A DNA stretch of 64,000 nucleotides from an uncultured Gemmatimonadales bacterium (GTDB taxonomy: Bacteria > Gemmatimonadota > Gemmatimonadetes > Gemmatimonadales > GWC2-71-9). Below, in pieces: positions 41,616-52,310 of this stretch (position 1 is the first letter of the stretch; each line of letters starts with the position of its first letter). The position numbers and the translations under genes were made by a program. The stretch spans positions 1,024,001 to 1,088,000 of the forward strand of contig CAWGED010000005.1 in the NCBI GenBank assembly GCA_963821525.1, given 5' to 3'. Below the pieces are notes generated by a model. The model searched no databases. It was not told the origin of the DNA and worked only from the letters and a program-made list of their open reading frames with translations.

Positions 41616-44445
41616 TTCGCCGGCTGCTCCTGCTTCCAGTCGTTCTCCTCGCCGCGACCGCCACGCCCGGCCGAGCGCAGTTTGCCATCCTGGGCGAGAA
41701 CAAGGTCCAGTACCGCAAGTTCAACTGGGAGGTCCTGAAGGGTCCGCACATCGACCTGTACTTCTATCCCGAGGAAGCCGAGCTCGCGCCGACTGCGCTG
41801 CAATACGCCGAGGAGAGCTACGAGGTTCTTCGCCTGAAGTTCAGCCATGAGGTGACCAGCCGCATCCCCCTCATTGTTTACGCGTCGCATAGCGATTTCG
41901 AGCAGACCAACATCCTTCCATTCACCCCGCCCGAAGGCCTGCTCGGCGTCACCGATTTTCTCAAGCGCCGGGTGACGCTCCCGTTTCGCGGCAACCTTGC
42001 CGAGTTCCGCCACACGATGCGCCACGAGCTGGTGCACGCCTTTCAGATCAGTCTGGGGATCGACCGGTACAACCGGTCACCCCGGTCATCTGGAGTCGCC
42101 ATTCCGCTCTGGTGGACCGAGGGCCTCGCCGAGTACTGGTCGGCGGGCGAGGACGCGCGGGATGAAATGATTCTGCGGGACCTGGTCTTCAGCGGCCGAC
42201 TTCCCGACATCGAACAGCTAACCTACGTCAGCGGCGGGATCGTGTACCCGCTAGGCGGACGGATTCATCGTTGGCTCGGTGAGACCTACGGCGATTGGCG
42301 GGCGGCCCAGCTCTACCACGACCTCTGGCGATACCTGACGTTCGAGGATGCCATCCAGGCGATCTACGGCAGAAGTCTGGCCCAGCTCTCCGCAGAATTT
42401 CAGCTCGTCCATGCGGAGAGCGTACTATCCGGTGAGCGAGGAGTACGTGCCGCTTACCGTGGTCGCTCGGCGGGTCGCCGAACAGGCGGTCAAGCCGGCC
42501 GAAATGCCGAACAAGGACGGCACCAATGCCCTCTACGCCTCCCCCAAGAGCGGCTTCGTCACCCTCATGCACACCCCGCTGGATACGCATGGTGGCTCAC
42601 ATTCATTGGTGGTGAGCGGACGTTCAGCCGACTTTGCGTCGCTCCATGCGTTCGATTCACGGGTTGACGCGTCGCATGAAGGCATGCTGCTCTTCTCCAG
42701 CCAATTCGAAGACCGCGACGCCCTGGTAATCTTCAACATTCCCAAGTCCGAGATCATCGGCCGGTACCAGTTTCCCGCAGATAACCTCGATTCTGTCTCC
42801 GGTCTGGGCCAAGGACAGCCAAAGCGTGATCTTCTCCGGCCTGTCCCTGAGCGGGGTGTCCGACCTCTATCGCATGAGGCTGCCAGGCGGGGAGCTGGAG
42901 ACATCTCACCGACGACAAGTACCAGGACCTCGACCCGAGTGTCAGTCCCGGACGGTCGTGAGGTCGTCTTCGCCAGCGATCGCACCGCGGGTGGGCTGGA
43001 CGGGGCGGTGAACCTCTTCATCCTCGACCTCGAAACCAGGCAGATTCGGCAGATCACCGGCGGGCGATGGGTAGACGAGACCCCCACCTGGAGCACGGAT
43101 GACCGGATCTATTTCACCTCGGACCGGGACGGCGTGCTCAACACTTTCTCGGTTGACACTGCTGGGCGAGGGTCGGAGGGAAACGTCAGTGTGGACCGGG
43201 ACGTTTGACGCCGTCCCGCTTACCGACCGGCCCGGCTTCCTGGTAAGCGGGTTCCACGACCTTTCACTCGGGATCTATCTTCTCCCGCCCGACTCATCGG
43301 CTCAGACCCAGACCTTCTCACTGTCCCCGGAGCAGGGACCGATCGCCGAGTGGACATGGCCACTGGGAGACATCGGCCTCAGCGCGAGAACCAGTCCCCA
43401 GCCCTACCAAAAACACCTCACACTCGATTTCGCCGCCGGGTCCGCAACGTTCATCCCCCGGTACGGCGCAGCGCAGGGAATCACCTTCTACGCCAGCGAC
43501 CTGCTGAGCAACCATCTCGCCTATCTCACGATCGCATCGTACCAGGGGCGGGACTTCGGTGACATTTTCTCGAACATCAATGCGTTCGGGTTGTACATCA
43601 ACCAGACGAAGCGGTTGAACTGGGGGGTTGGAGGCTTTCGACTCAAGGGGAATACCTACGCGGGGGATTTTACCGCGGTCTACCACGAAAATGCCATCGG
43701 TGGAATCGGCCTTCTCCGCTATCCGCTTACCCGCTTCACCCGACTTCAAGCGACTCTCTCGATCGAGCACTCCGACCGGATGGATTTCGTGATCCCCGTT
43801 TCCACCCCGCGGCGCGTCGGATGGATCGCTTCTCATTACCTGACCTACGTGCGGGATAATACGCTCTGGATGTCCACCGGTCCGGTGGATGGCGGTTACC
43901 TCGGCATCACAGGAGGGCTCTCCAAAGACTTCAGCAATGCCCGCTTCGACTCGTTCCTTCTCGGCGTGGATATCCGTCGCTACTTCAGGCTGGCGCGGCG
44001 CAGCGCCTATGCCGTCCGAGTGATGGGATTCTATAGCGGGGGAGACCGGCCGGACCGGATCAACATCGGCGGTACCCTTGGGCTGCGAGGATACCCCATC
44101 TACGGCTACATTGTTGGCTCGCGCGCCTACATGGTCAATCAGGAGATCCGGTTCCCGATCTTCAATTACCTCGCCTTCGGCACGGCGGGATTGGGAGAAT
44201 TGCGCTTCCCGGATATTCACGGTGCCTTCTTCCTGGATGTCGGGAAAGCGTGGTACCAGGCCGAGGAGAACCGCGCCGTCCTGGGCAGTTGGGGTGTCAG
44301 CTTCCGCTGGCCCGTCGTACCCGGCGCTGTGCTGCGCCTCGACTGGGGCCGGCGTTTCACCGACGGTGGCTTCCGGGGATATGGCTTGACCCTCGAACAG
44401 AGAAAACGCTCCTTCGTTCAGTTCTTCTTCGGATATAACTATTGA
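41612..44445 (+). CDS. Omp85 (BamA/TamA-like) barrel fused to an N-terminal Zn-peptidase and PD40/TolB-like propeller (several frameshifts)
   Basis: FAILGENKVQY, HELVH, WWTEGLAEY, PDGREVVFASDR, YFTSDRDG, GGTLGLRGY, C-terminal FFFGYNY. Confidence 0.82.
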
Positions 44446-45152
44446 TGCGGCAATGGTTTCGGCTTGACCGTGCCGTTGTCGCTTCCTATCTTGGCCTCGG
44501 GGTAACGGCGTGTGCCCCGAAGGGTCCAGTGCTGGTTCCGCCCACTGCCGCGCCCGCCAGTGAGGCGGAGGTCCAGGAGTGGGTCGCGGCAACGGTGCCC
44601 ACAGGCAGTTCGCTTTACCGCTTCAAGTGGCTTTTCGAGGAAGAGCGCCGTAGCACTGGCGGTAGGGGGAGCGCACGCATCGCGGCACCCGATTCGCTGC
44701 GATTCGACGCCGCGGGACCCCTTGGAGCTGGAAAGATTCAGGCCGTTGTAGTGGGAGATTCGGCGATCTGGGTCCAGCCCGAGAAATCACTCGAAGACCT
44801 GGTTCCCAACTACCCGCTACTCTGGGCCATGCTAGGCGTCGCGCGCCTCCCCTCACCCGGGGCCACCTTTCGGGGCGCGGCCGAGCCGGATCGGGTGGCA
44901 TGGGAATACGCCATCGGTCCCGACACCGTGCAATATTTAAGGACACAGGGAAAGAGCCGGACGCTGTACGCTCGGGTGCGTCACGCCGGAAAAACGGTCG
45001 GCCAGTCGGAGACGACACTCTCCGAAGATGGGAGGCCCACCAAGGCCAAGCTCACGGTGCCGAGCGGCCCGGCGAAATTGACGTTGACCTTCTACTCGAG
45101 TGTGCCAACTGCGGCCTTTCCATCTGGGACGTGGCTTCCTCCCAAGCCTTAG
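44445..45152 (+). CDS. Hypothetical lipoprotein (possible LolB/DUF4292-like fold)
   Basis: Lipobox VTAC; GSARIAAPDSLRFDAAGPLG. Confidence 0.65.
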   Translation: MRQWFRLDRAVVASYLGLGVTACAPKGPVLVPPTAAPASEAEVQEWVAATVPTGSSLYRFKWLFEEERRSTGGRGSARIAAPDSLRFDAAGPLGAGKIQAVVVGDSAIWVQPEKSLEDLVPNYPLLWAMLGVARLPSPGATFRGAAEPDRVAWEYAIGPDTVQYLRTQGKSRTLYARVRHAGKTVGQSETTLSEDGRPTKAKLTVPSGPAKLTLTFYSSVPTAAFPSGTWLPPKP

Positions 45153-45639
45153 CGCTCTGGCGCTGACGGGCTGCCTGTACGGTTTTGCAGGAGGCGGCCT
45201 TCCTTCGGACATCAAGACGGTAGCAGTGCTGCCGTTCGACAACCTGACCCCTGAGCCCACGCTGACCCAGGAGATCTCGGACAAGGTTCGGGAAGCGGTG
45301 CAGGGCAGGCTGGGGTTGCGGCAGGCTGGCGAGGCGAGCGCGGACGCGATTGTGCGTGGCAGCATCACGCGCTACGAGCCCGATCTTCCCGTCGCATACA
45401 CCGGTACGGCGGTGGCACAGGGTCAGCCCGACAGCATCGACGTCACCAAGCGGCTGGTGCAGATCACGGTCTCGGTGGAGATCCTGGACCAACACCGGGG
45501 GAAGACTCTGTGGCAGGCGAATGGACTGACCCTTGAAGGAGATTACGCGCCGGGCAGTGAGACCGAGAAGGATGGACGGGAGAAGGCCCTCGACAAGCTG
45601 GTGACCAACATCGTGGATGGAGCACAATCCCAATGGTGA
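45100..45639 (+). CDS. lptE: LPS assembly lipoprotein LptE (start uncertain)
   Basis: LTGCLYGF, IKTVAVLPFDNLT, ADAIVRGSITRY, C-terminal QSQW. Confidence 0.8.
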   Translation: MCQLRPFHLGRGFLPSLSALALTGCLYGFAGGGLPSDIKTVAVLPFDNLTPEPTLTQEISDKVREAVQGRLGLRQAGEASADAIVRGSITRYEPDLPVAYTGTAVAQGQPDSIDVTKRLVQITVSVEILDQHRGKTLWQANGLTLEGDYAPGSETEKDGREKALDKLVTNIVDGAQSQW

Positions 45640-46004
45640 GCACGCGGCAAGGTTCACGGCGTGGAACGAGCACCGCAGGCTGCCTGTTCTCGCTGGTCCT
45701 GTTCGTGGCAGCCATCTACTACGGCATCAATATCGGCAAGCCGTGGTTCCGGTACTACCAGTTGCTCGACGAGATGCGGTCGGCGGCGCGGTTGGCTCCC
45801 ACCCTCTCCGATGCGGTCATTCGGCGGCGGCTCGACGAGAAAGTTGACGAGCTGGGTTTGCCGGCTGACGCCAATAAGTTTCAGATCACCCGCTCCGGCA
45901 AGCCACGCAAGATCATCATTACGACCACCTACAGCGAAACCGTGACCCTGCCGCTGTTCGAGCACACCTTCATCTACACGCCAAAGGCCGAAGAAGCGTT
46001 GTGA
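45633..46004 (+). CDS. Small membrane-anchored protein (DUF4845-like)
   Basis: RRG..GCL followed by one TM helix; pilin-like N-terminus. Confidence 0.7.
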   Translation: MVSTRQGSRRGTSTAGCLFSLVLFVAAIYYGINIGKPWFRYYQLLDEMRSAARLAPTLSDAVIRRRLDEKVDELGLPADANKFQITRSGKPRKIIITTTYSETVTLPLFEHTFIYTPKAEEAL

Positions 46005-47204
46005 ACCACCCGGTGGCCGCATTGCTCCTGGTTGTCGCGGCGATCCTTGTCACGGCCAAGCTGTTTGGGGAGGTCGCTGAACGGTTGGGAGTGCCTGCGG
46101 TCCTGGGGGAACTGGTCGCGGGTCTTATCCTGGGGCCCGGACTCCTCGGCGTCATCCCCGCCTCGGGGGAGCCCGGAGCAGAAGTCATCAGCTTCCTCGC
46201 CGAACTGGGCGTCATCCTCCTCCTGTTCGAAGTAGGACTCGAGACCGACCTCAAGCAGATGTTCCAGGTCGGGAGCTCGGCCGCCGCCGTCGCGCTCGTC
46301 GGCGTCACCGTGCCTTTCGTCCTCGGGTACCTCTTCTGGCTGTATGCACCCCACGCGGCCAGCACCAGCAATGCGGATCAGCATCGATCGCGATTCTGGT
46401 AGGTGCGGTGCTGACCGCGACCTCCGTTGGTATAACCGCGCGCGTCCTGTCTGACCTGGGATCTCTGCAGACTGTCGAGGCCCGAATCATTCTCGGGGCC
46501 GCAGTGATTGATGACGTACTGGGACTCGTTATTCTGGGCGCCGTTTCGAGGCTGACTGCGGGGGCGCGGTCTCGACTCTGGGACTGCTGCGCATCCTGGC
46601 CCAAGGCGTCGGGTTTCTGGTGCTCGCGGTGATTCTGGGTGGGATGATCGTACCGCGGTTGTTCCGTCTCATCGACCGGCTGAAGGTTCGCGGGGCCGTG
46701 GTGACGCTGGCGATCGGCCTCACCCTGGCGCTTGCCGCGGCGGCGGACTTGGCCGGGTCAGCGCTCATCATCGGTGCCTTTGCCGCCGGCCTGGTCATGA
46801 GAGACAGCGACCAGCTTCATACCGTCGTCAATGAGGGCGGTCCAGTCGCCGGGCTGTTGGCTCCCATCTTCTTCGTGACGGTGGGCGCCGGTGCCAATAT
46901 CCGCCTGCTGGACCCCCGAGTTCCGGGGGCGGTCCCCATCCTGAGCCTCGCCGTCGCGCTGACATTGATCGCGGTCGTCGGCAAGATTGTCGCGGGCTGG
47001 GCTGCTCCCTGGCAGCCGTTTCGGCGACTCGCTGTTGGCGTAGGGATGGTTCCCCGCGGCGAAGTAGGCCTTATCTTCGCCGATATGGGCCGCCGCACCG
47101 GTCTGCTGGATGCTGCCAGCTTCAGCGCGATACTGATCGTGGTGATGGCGACCACGTTCATCGCCCCGTTGTGGCTGAAACCGCTCCTCCGCCGCGCGCG
47201 TTGA
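46001..47204 (+). CDS. Cation:proton antiporter, CPA2 family (frameshifts)
   Basis: VLGELVAGLILGP, LLFEVGLE, ATSVGIT, AAVIDD, GMVPRGEVGL. Confidence 0.9.
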
Positions 47205-47214
47205 GTCCATCGCC

Positions 47215-47715
47215 ATGGAGTTCGAACCGACCTTCACCAAGATCCGGCCTCGCCACGAGGCGGCTCGGTGGCGCGAGGGCCTCGAGGGCACGGTCGTCTT
47301 CACCAATGGCGTCTTCGACCTGTTGCATCGTGGCCACGTCGTATTGCTCGAGGCGGCTAGAGCCGAAGGAGACCAGCTCATCGTCGGAATCAACAGCGAC
47401 GCCTCGGCTCGGCGCATCAAGGGCGATGGCCATCCCGTCGTCAATCAGGATGATCGCGCCCGGCTGATCGCCGCCTTCGCCGCGGTGGATTGTGTCGTCA
47501 TCTTCGACGAGGACACCCCGCTGCAGCTGATCACGGCCCTCGAGCCGGACGTTCTGGTCAAGGGATCCGACTACCGCCCGGAGACCACGGTTGGAGCCGA
47601 CGTCGTCAGTATCGCGGGGGGCAGGGTCAAGCACGTGGAGCTCGCGATCGACCCCCAGACCACCAGTGTCCTTTCCTCCACCTCAATAGCGGAGAGGGTT
47701 CGTGCCTCGTCCTGA
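47215..47715 (+). CDS. rfaE2: D-glycero-beta-D-manno-heptose 1-phosphate adenylyltransferase (RfaE domain II)
   Basis: FTNGVFDLLHRGH, GINSDAS, FDEDTP, LVKGSDY. Confidence 0.92.
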   Translation: MEFEPTFTKIRPRHEAARWREGLEGTVVFTNGVFDLLHRGHVVLLEAARAEGDQLIVGINSDASARRIKGDGHPVVNQDDRARLIAAFAAVDCVVIFDEDTPLQLITALEPDVLVKGSDYRPETTVGADVVSIAGGRVKHVELAIDPQTTSVLSSTSIAERVRASS

Positions 47716-48412
47716 CGGTCGTTCTGCCGACCAGCTGCGACCCGTGGTGCTGGAGCGCCGGGTTAATCCGTATGCGGAAGGCTCCTGCCTCATCCGGATG
47801 GGAGGCACCCTGGTCCACTGCACTGCGACGGTCGAGACCGGCGCTCCTGGATGGAAGAAGGGAAGTGGTGAAGGTTGGGTCACAGCGGAGTACGCCATGC
47901 TGCCAAGAGCGACGACCGAACGCACCGAGCGTGAGCGGCGGGGACCGGGTGGCCGTACGCAGGAGATTCAGCGGCTGGTGGGACGCTCACTGCGAGCGGC
48001 CATGCGGACGATGAAGTTTGGGGAGTACACCATCCGGGTGGATTGCGATGTGCTCCAGGCCGACGGGGGGACTCGGACCGCCAGCATCACCGGCGGGTGC
48101 GTGGCGCTCTATGATGCATGCGCGTGGATCGCGGAACGAACCGGTCAGCCCAGTCCGTTTGGACAACTTGTCGCGGCAGTCTCGGTTGGCGTCATCGATG
48201 GCGAGCTACTGCTCGATCTCGCCTATCTCGAGGATCGAGATGCCATAGTGGATTCCAACGTCGTGATGGTCCATCCTGACCGGTTCGTAGAGGTGCAGGG
48301 CACCGGGGAGCATGGGACCTTCTCTCGCGCCGAGCTGGAGCGACTGGTCGGCATGGCCGAATCGGGGATTCGGCAGCTCTTCCGAGCCCAGCAGGCCGCC
48401 CTGGGATCGTGA
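47702..48412 (+). CDS. rph: Ribonuclease PH
   Basis: GWVTAEYAMLP, GRTQEIQRL, DVLQADGGTRTASITG, EVQGTGE. Confidence 0.97.
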   Translation: MPRPDGRSADQLRPVVLERRVNPYAEGSCLIRMGGTLVHCTATVETGAPGWKKGSGEGWVTAEYAMLPRATTERTERERRGPGGRTQEIQRLVGRSLRAAMRTMKFGEYTIRVDCDVLQADGGTRTASITGGCVALYDACAWIAERTGQPSPFGQLVAAVSVGVIDGELLLDLAYLEDRDAIVDSNVVMVHPDRFVEVQGTGEHGTFSRAELERLVGMAESGIRQLFRAQQAALGS

Positions 48413-49017
48413 GACTGCTCGCCGCTACCCGAAGCGCGGGCAAGCAAGGGGAGATACGGCGGGTTCTGGAGGCGGCGGGGCACGAAGTGATCTTCCCGGA
48501 CCGGGCCGGGGTGCTCGAGACCCGGGAAGAAGACCGGCTCGAGTTGAGCGACAGCTTCGAGACCAACGCCCGCAGCAAGGCGGAATACTTCTCCCGAAAG
48601 ACCGGGCTCCCTACCATCGCCGACGATTCGGGTCTCGAGGTCTTGGTACTGGGCGGTGCACCCGGCGCCCGGTCCAAGCGATGGGCCGGGGCTACGGGAA
48701 GTCCCGCCGAAGTCGATGCCGCCAACAACGCCGAGCTGCTGAGGAGACTCGCGGGGGCAGAGCCGGAGCGTCGTCGGGCGCGCTACCGGTGCGTGCTTGT
48801 CCTGATCCGTCGGCCCGGTGCCGTTCCCGAGATTTTTCAGGGCGTGTGCGAGGGCTCGATCCTCGACGACCCCCGGGGGAGCGGTGGTTTTGGGTACGAC
48901 CCTCTCTTTCTCAGCGTGGAGTTGGGGAAGACCTTCGGTGAGGCCACGCCAGAGGAGAAGGACTCGGTGAGTCATCGAGGCCGGGCGCTGCAGGCGCTGA
49001 TTGCGAGAGTCGAGTAG
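48409..49017 (+). CDS. rdgB: Non-canonical purine NTP pyrophosphatase (RdgB/HAM1)
   Basis: ADDSGLEV, GGFGYDPLF, EKDSVSHRGRA; follows rph. Confidence 0.95.
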   Translation: MRLLAATRSAGKQGEIRRVLEAAGHEVIFPDRAGVLETREEDRLELSDSFETNARSKAEYFSRKTGLPTIADDSGLEVLVLGGAPGARSKRWAGATGSPAEVDAANNAELLRRLAGAEPERRRARYRCVLVLIRRPGAVPEIFQGVCEGSILDDPRGSGGFGYDPLFLSVELGKTFGEATPEEKDSVSHRGRALQALIARVE

Positions 49018-49094
49018 ACTGGCAGTGTGGGTCGCGGATCGCGCGTCACAACCGACCACCACTCCCCACAACCGTCATCTGTCGCGACTCTCCT

Positions 49095-49122
49095 CGTCTC
49101 CCGTCTTCCGTCTCCTGTCTCC
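49095..49122 (+). repeat. Heptamer array (CGTCTCC)x4 upstream of tRNA-Pro
   Basis: CGTCTCC CGTCTTC CGTCTCC TGTCTCC. Confidence 0.75.
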
Positions 49123-49149
49123 CTACCTTACTGTTCTCCCCCGCACCAA

Positions 49150-49223
49150 CGGGGTGTGGCGCAGTCCGGTAGCGCGCCTGCTTTGGGAGCAGGAGGTCCC
49201 GGGTTCGAATCCCGGCGCCCCGA
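49150..49223 (+). tRNA. tRNA-Pro (UGG)
   Basis: CGGGGTG acceptor, CCTGC-TTTGGGA-GCAGG anticodon arm, GGTTCGAATCC; CCA not encoded. Confidence 0.96.
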
Positions 49224-49287
49224 TTTTCTCGCCCTCGCCATCGGATCTCGCCGCCCAGCCGGGGGCGCGGTACATTCCCCAATCCAT

Positions 49288-51433
49288 ATGAAATCGGCCA
49301 GTGTCTGGAGATCGGCCCGGTTCGCTCCGGCGCTGGTAATCGCGGGCGTCGTAGTCATCTGGTTTGAGGCCCTCCTCGTGGATGCGTCCCACGGGATCTT
49401 CAAAGCCGAGGCATTCGCCGAACGCGCCGCGTCAAGTCTGGGCGACCCCCGCGTGTCGGGCTATGTGGCCGAAAAGCTCACCGACGCGATTATCGAGCAA
49501 CGTCCCAACCTGATCGCCCTCCGGCCACTCATCGTCGGCACCATGGGCGGCCTTGTGCAGAGCCAGCCGTTCCGTGCGGTGGCACGCCGTGCGCTCGCCA
49601 CGGCCCAGGCCTCACTCTTTTCCGAGGAAGGAACGCAGGTCCTCCTCTCGGTCCCCGACGTGGGCATCCTGCTCCGGAGTGCCTTGGCAGGTGCCAATCC
49701 TGAACTCGCGGCAAAGATTCCCGACCGGCTCGATTCCGCCGTGGGCCGTCTCGAAAAGAGCCGAGCCGGACAAATTCTTTCCCGCGCCCATACGCTGTGG
49801 GGACGAGTCAAGTGGCTCACCCGGGTCCTCCTGATCGTAGGGCCACTCCTGGTCCTGGCCGGCATCGGACTGCATCGAGATCGCCGCAGAGGATTGATAC
49901 GAGCGGGGACGGCCCTCATCGTGACCGGCCTCTTCATTGCCCTGCTTGTGCCCTTTGGCCGGCTCGTCGCGCTGTGGCTGGTGCCTCATGACATCGCGGC
50001 GCGCGCGGCTGTCTTCGGTGTGTGGCGGGCCTATTTCCTCGGTCTCTTCGTTTGGGCCACAACGCTCGCCGGGGCCGGCTTGGTGCTGGCCGCGGCGGGT
50101 ACTTCTCTCTACGAAGGTCTCGACCCCTTCATCCGAATTCGGTCCTTGACCCACACTGCTCTCCACCCTCCAGCGTCCAGGAGCGGCCGGGGACTGTGGG
50201 CTCTGGCGATGGGCCTGACTGGCACGGTCATTCTCATGTGGCCGACCGCCCTGCTCACCGCCGCGGCCGTTGTTGGTCGGACTGCTTCTGATATACGTCG
50301 GGTTGCGTGAGTTCTTCCGGCTCGTGATCGAACGGGTTCCTGAGGTCAGCGAAGAGGTCGAAGCCTCCTCTGGCAGCGGACGCCGTCTGGCCTTCATCCT
50401 CGGGCTCGCCGCGATCCTGATCGGCGCGATCCTCTACTGGCGCCGCCCGACCAATCCGGCCTTCGTCCCCGACAGCATCGTCAGCTGCAATGGCTCACCC
50501 CTTCTATGTGATCGCCGGGTGGACCAGGTCGTTTTCCCCGGCGCCCATAACGCGATGTCCAACGCCGAAGCGGCCGGGTGGATGTTCCCTCACCATCAAA
50601 AGGGCATTGCAGCGATGCTGCAGGATGGCGTGCGCGCCCTGCTCATCGACATCCACTACGGCATCCCGACCGACCAGCGGGTGAAGACCGATCTCGATGC
50701 CGAGCAGTCCAGCCTGGAGAAGATCGAAGGGGCCGTTGGACCCGAGGGAACAGCCGCCGCGATGCGCATCCGCGACCGGCTGGTGGTGGGCAAGGGCCAG
50801 GAACACGGCCTGTTCTTTTGCCACGGGTTCTGCGAGCTCGGCGCTTACCCCGTGGTGCCGGTGCTGCGCGAAGTGCGCGACTTCATGGTCGAGCATCCCG
50901 ACCAGGTGGTCATTCTCGTCATCGAAGACTATGTGTCGCCGGAGGACCTGAAAAAGGCGTTCGACGAATCGGGACTGACCGAGCTGGTGGATACTCTGGG
51001 TGTGACGCCGCCATGGCCGACGCTGCGCCAGTTGGTCGATGCCAATCAACGAGTGATCGTCTTCACCGAATCGGGCCGTCCTGGCGTCCCCTGGCTGCAC
51101 CCGACACTGGGGACCATTCAGGAGACTCCGTACACCTTCCATCAGCCGTCGGACTTTTCCTGCCGCCCAAACCGCGGTGATACGACCGGTTCGCTGTTTC
51201 AGATCAACCACTGGATCGAAACGACCCCCGCACCCAAGCCCAGCAATGCCGCGCTGGTGAATGCTTACGACGCCCTTCTGGCGCGGGCCCGCGAGTGCCA
51301 GCGGGCGCGGGGCCACCTTCCCAATGTGATCGCCGTCGACTTCTACGATATCGGCGACCTGTTCCGGGTGGCCCGCACCCTCAATGGCTTGCCCGACAGC
51401 CTCATGGCGACGAAGTCGTCTACCGTTCCTTGA
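49288..51433 (+). CDS. Multi-TM membrane protein fused to a PI-PLC X-like phosphodiesterase domain (frameshift near 50270)
   Basis: Many TM helices; GAHNAMSN, GVRALLIDIH, CHGFCELG, VILVIEDY, QINHWI, PNVIAVDFY. Confidence 0.78.
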
Positions 51434-52148
51434 CCCAGGCCGGTCGCTGCCAGCCGGACGGGTCCCACAGCTGGTCTGGCAGGGGGACGTCGCCTTTCAC
51501 GTCGGCGTAATCTTCCCGTTGTAGCGTCTTGCCGTTCACGTTGAAGATCACTTCGACTGAAATCCATCCGTTGCCGAGCGGCTGGTACTTGTTGAACTGG
51601 GTTTCGAATGTGGCACCCGAACCGTCTGGCGCCGGCTCGATCATTCGCACGAAGAGAAGCCGTTCCTGATCAATCCAGAACTGCGCGGTCGTACTGTCTC
51701 CCTGAGCCGCGCCGACGATATAGACAGGATGTCCCTGCCAGGTATCGGTCCGAAGCTTGCTCAGATCGAACCCCAGGTCCTTGAGTTTGCTGATCGTCTG
51801 GTCGGCAGGCTGGTTGTAGACGTCGAAACCGAGCACCATCAGGGGATGAACGAAGCTTTTTGAACCGGCCAGCTTGCCGCCCTTGAACTGATAGATCGAA
51901 TCGTTGCGGAACAGAATGGTGCGGCCGCTATCGATCGGTGCAACATCGATGCGCAGGGCGCCTGGGATCTTCGCCGCCTCGTACCAGGTCTCGACCTTCC
52001 CGGTCTGCGGAAAGCTGGTGGTCTGCACGAAGGTCAGCGTCTTGTACCATTTGCCGGCGTACCGTTGCTGCATGGCCTGAATGAGCTGTTCGCCGTTCGT
52101 CGGTGGAAGCATCAGCAGGGTGGAAGCGGTGAAGGCAATCAGGAGCAT
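51420..52148 (-). CDS. Exported hypothetical protein (possible LolA-like fold)
   Basis: Signal-like N-terminus; YKTLTFVQTT, WYEA, LRID, QFWID, final LPDQLWDP. Confidence 0.7.
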   Translation of the reverse strand: MLLIAFTASTLLMLPPTNGEQLIQAMQQRYAGKWYKTLTFVQTTSFPQTGKVETWYEAAKIPGALRIDVAPIDSGRTILFRNDSIYQFKGGKLAGSKSFVHPLMVLGFDVYNQPADQTISKLKDLGFDLSKLRTDTWQGHPVYIVGAAQGDSTTAQFWIDQERLLFVRMIEPAPDGSGATFETQFNKYQPLGNGWISVEVIFNVNGKTLQREDYADVKGDVPLPDQLWDPSGWQRPAWVKER

Positions 52149-52310
52149 GAGACCTCCAGGGGGGTTGTATGGTCATTCGTCACAGTAAGGGGGTGCTGCC
52201 TGTACGTTCAAAACGGGTGGTCGGTTTCCCTCGACAGCAAACACTGGTGGAGCTTATCTTTCCTGCCACTAGCGATGGGTGCTGTGCGGCCTCAACCGCT
52301 GCGGGTATAG

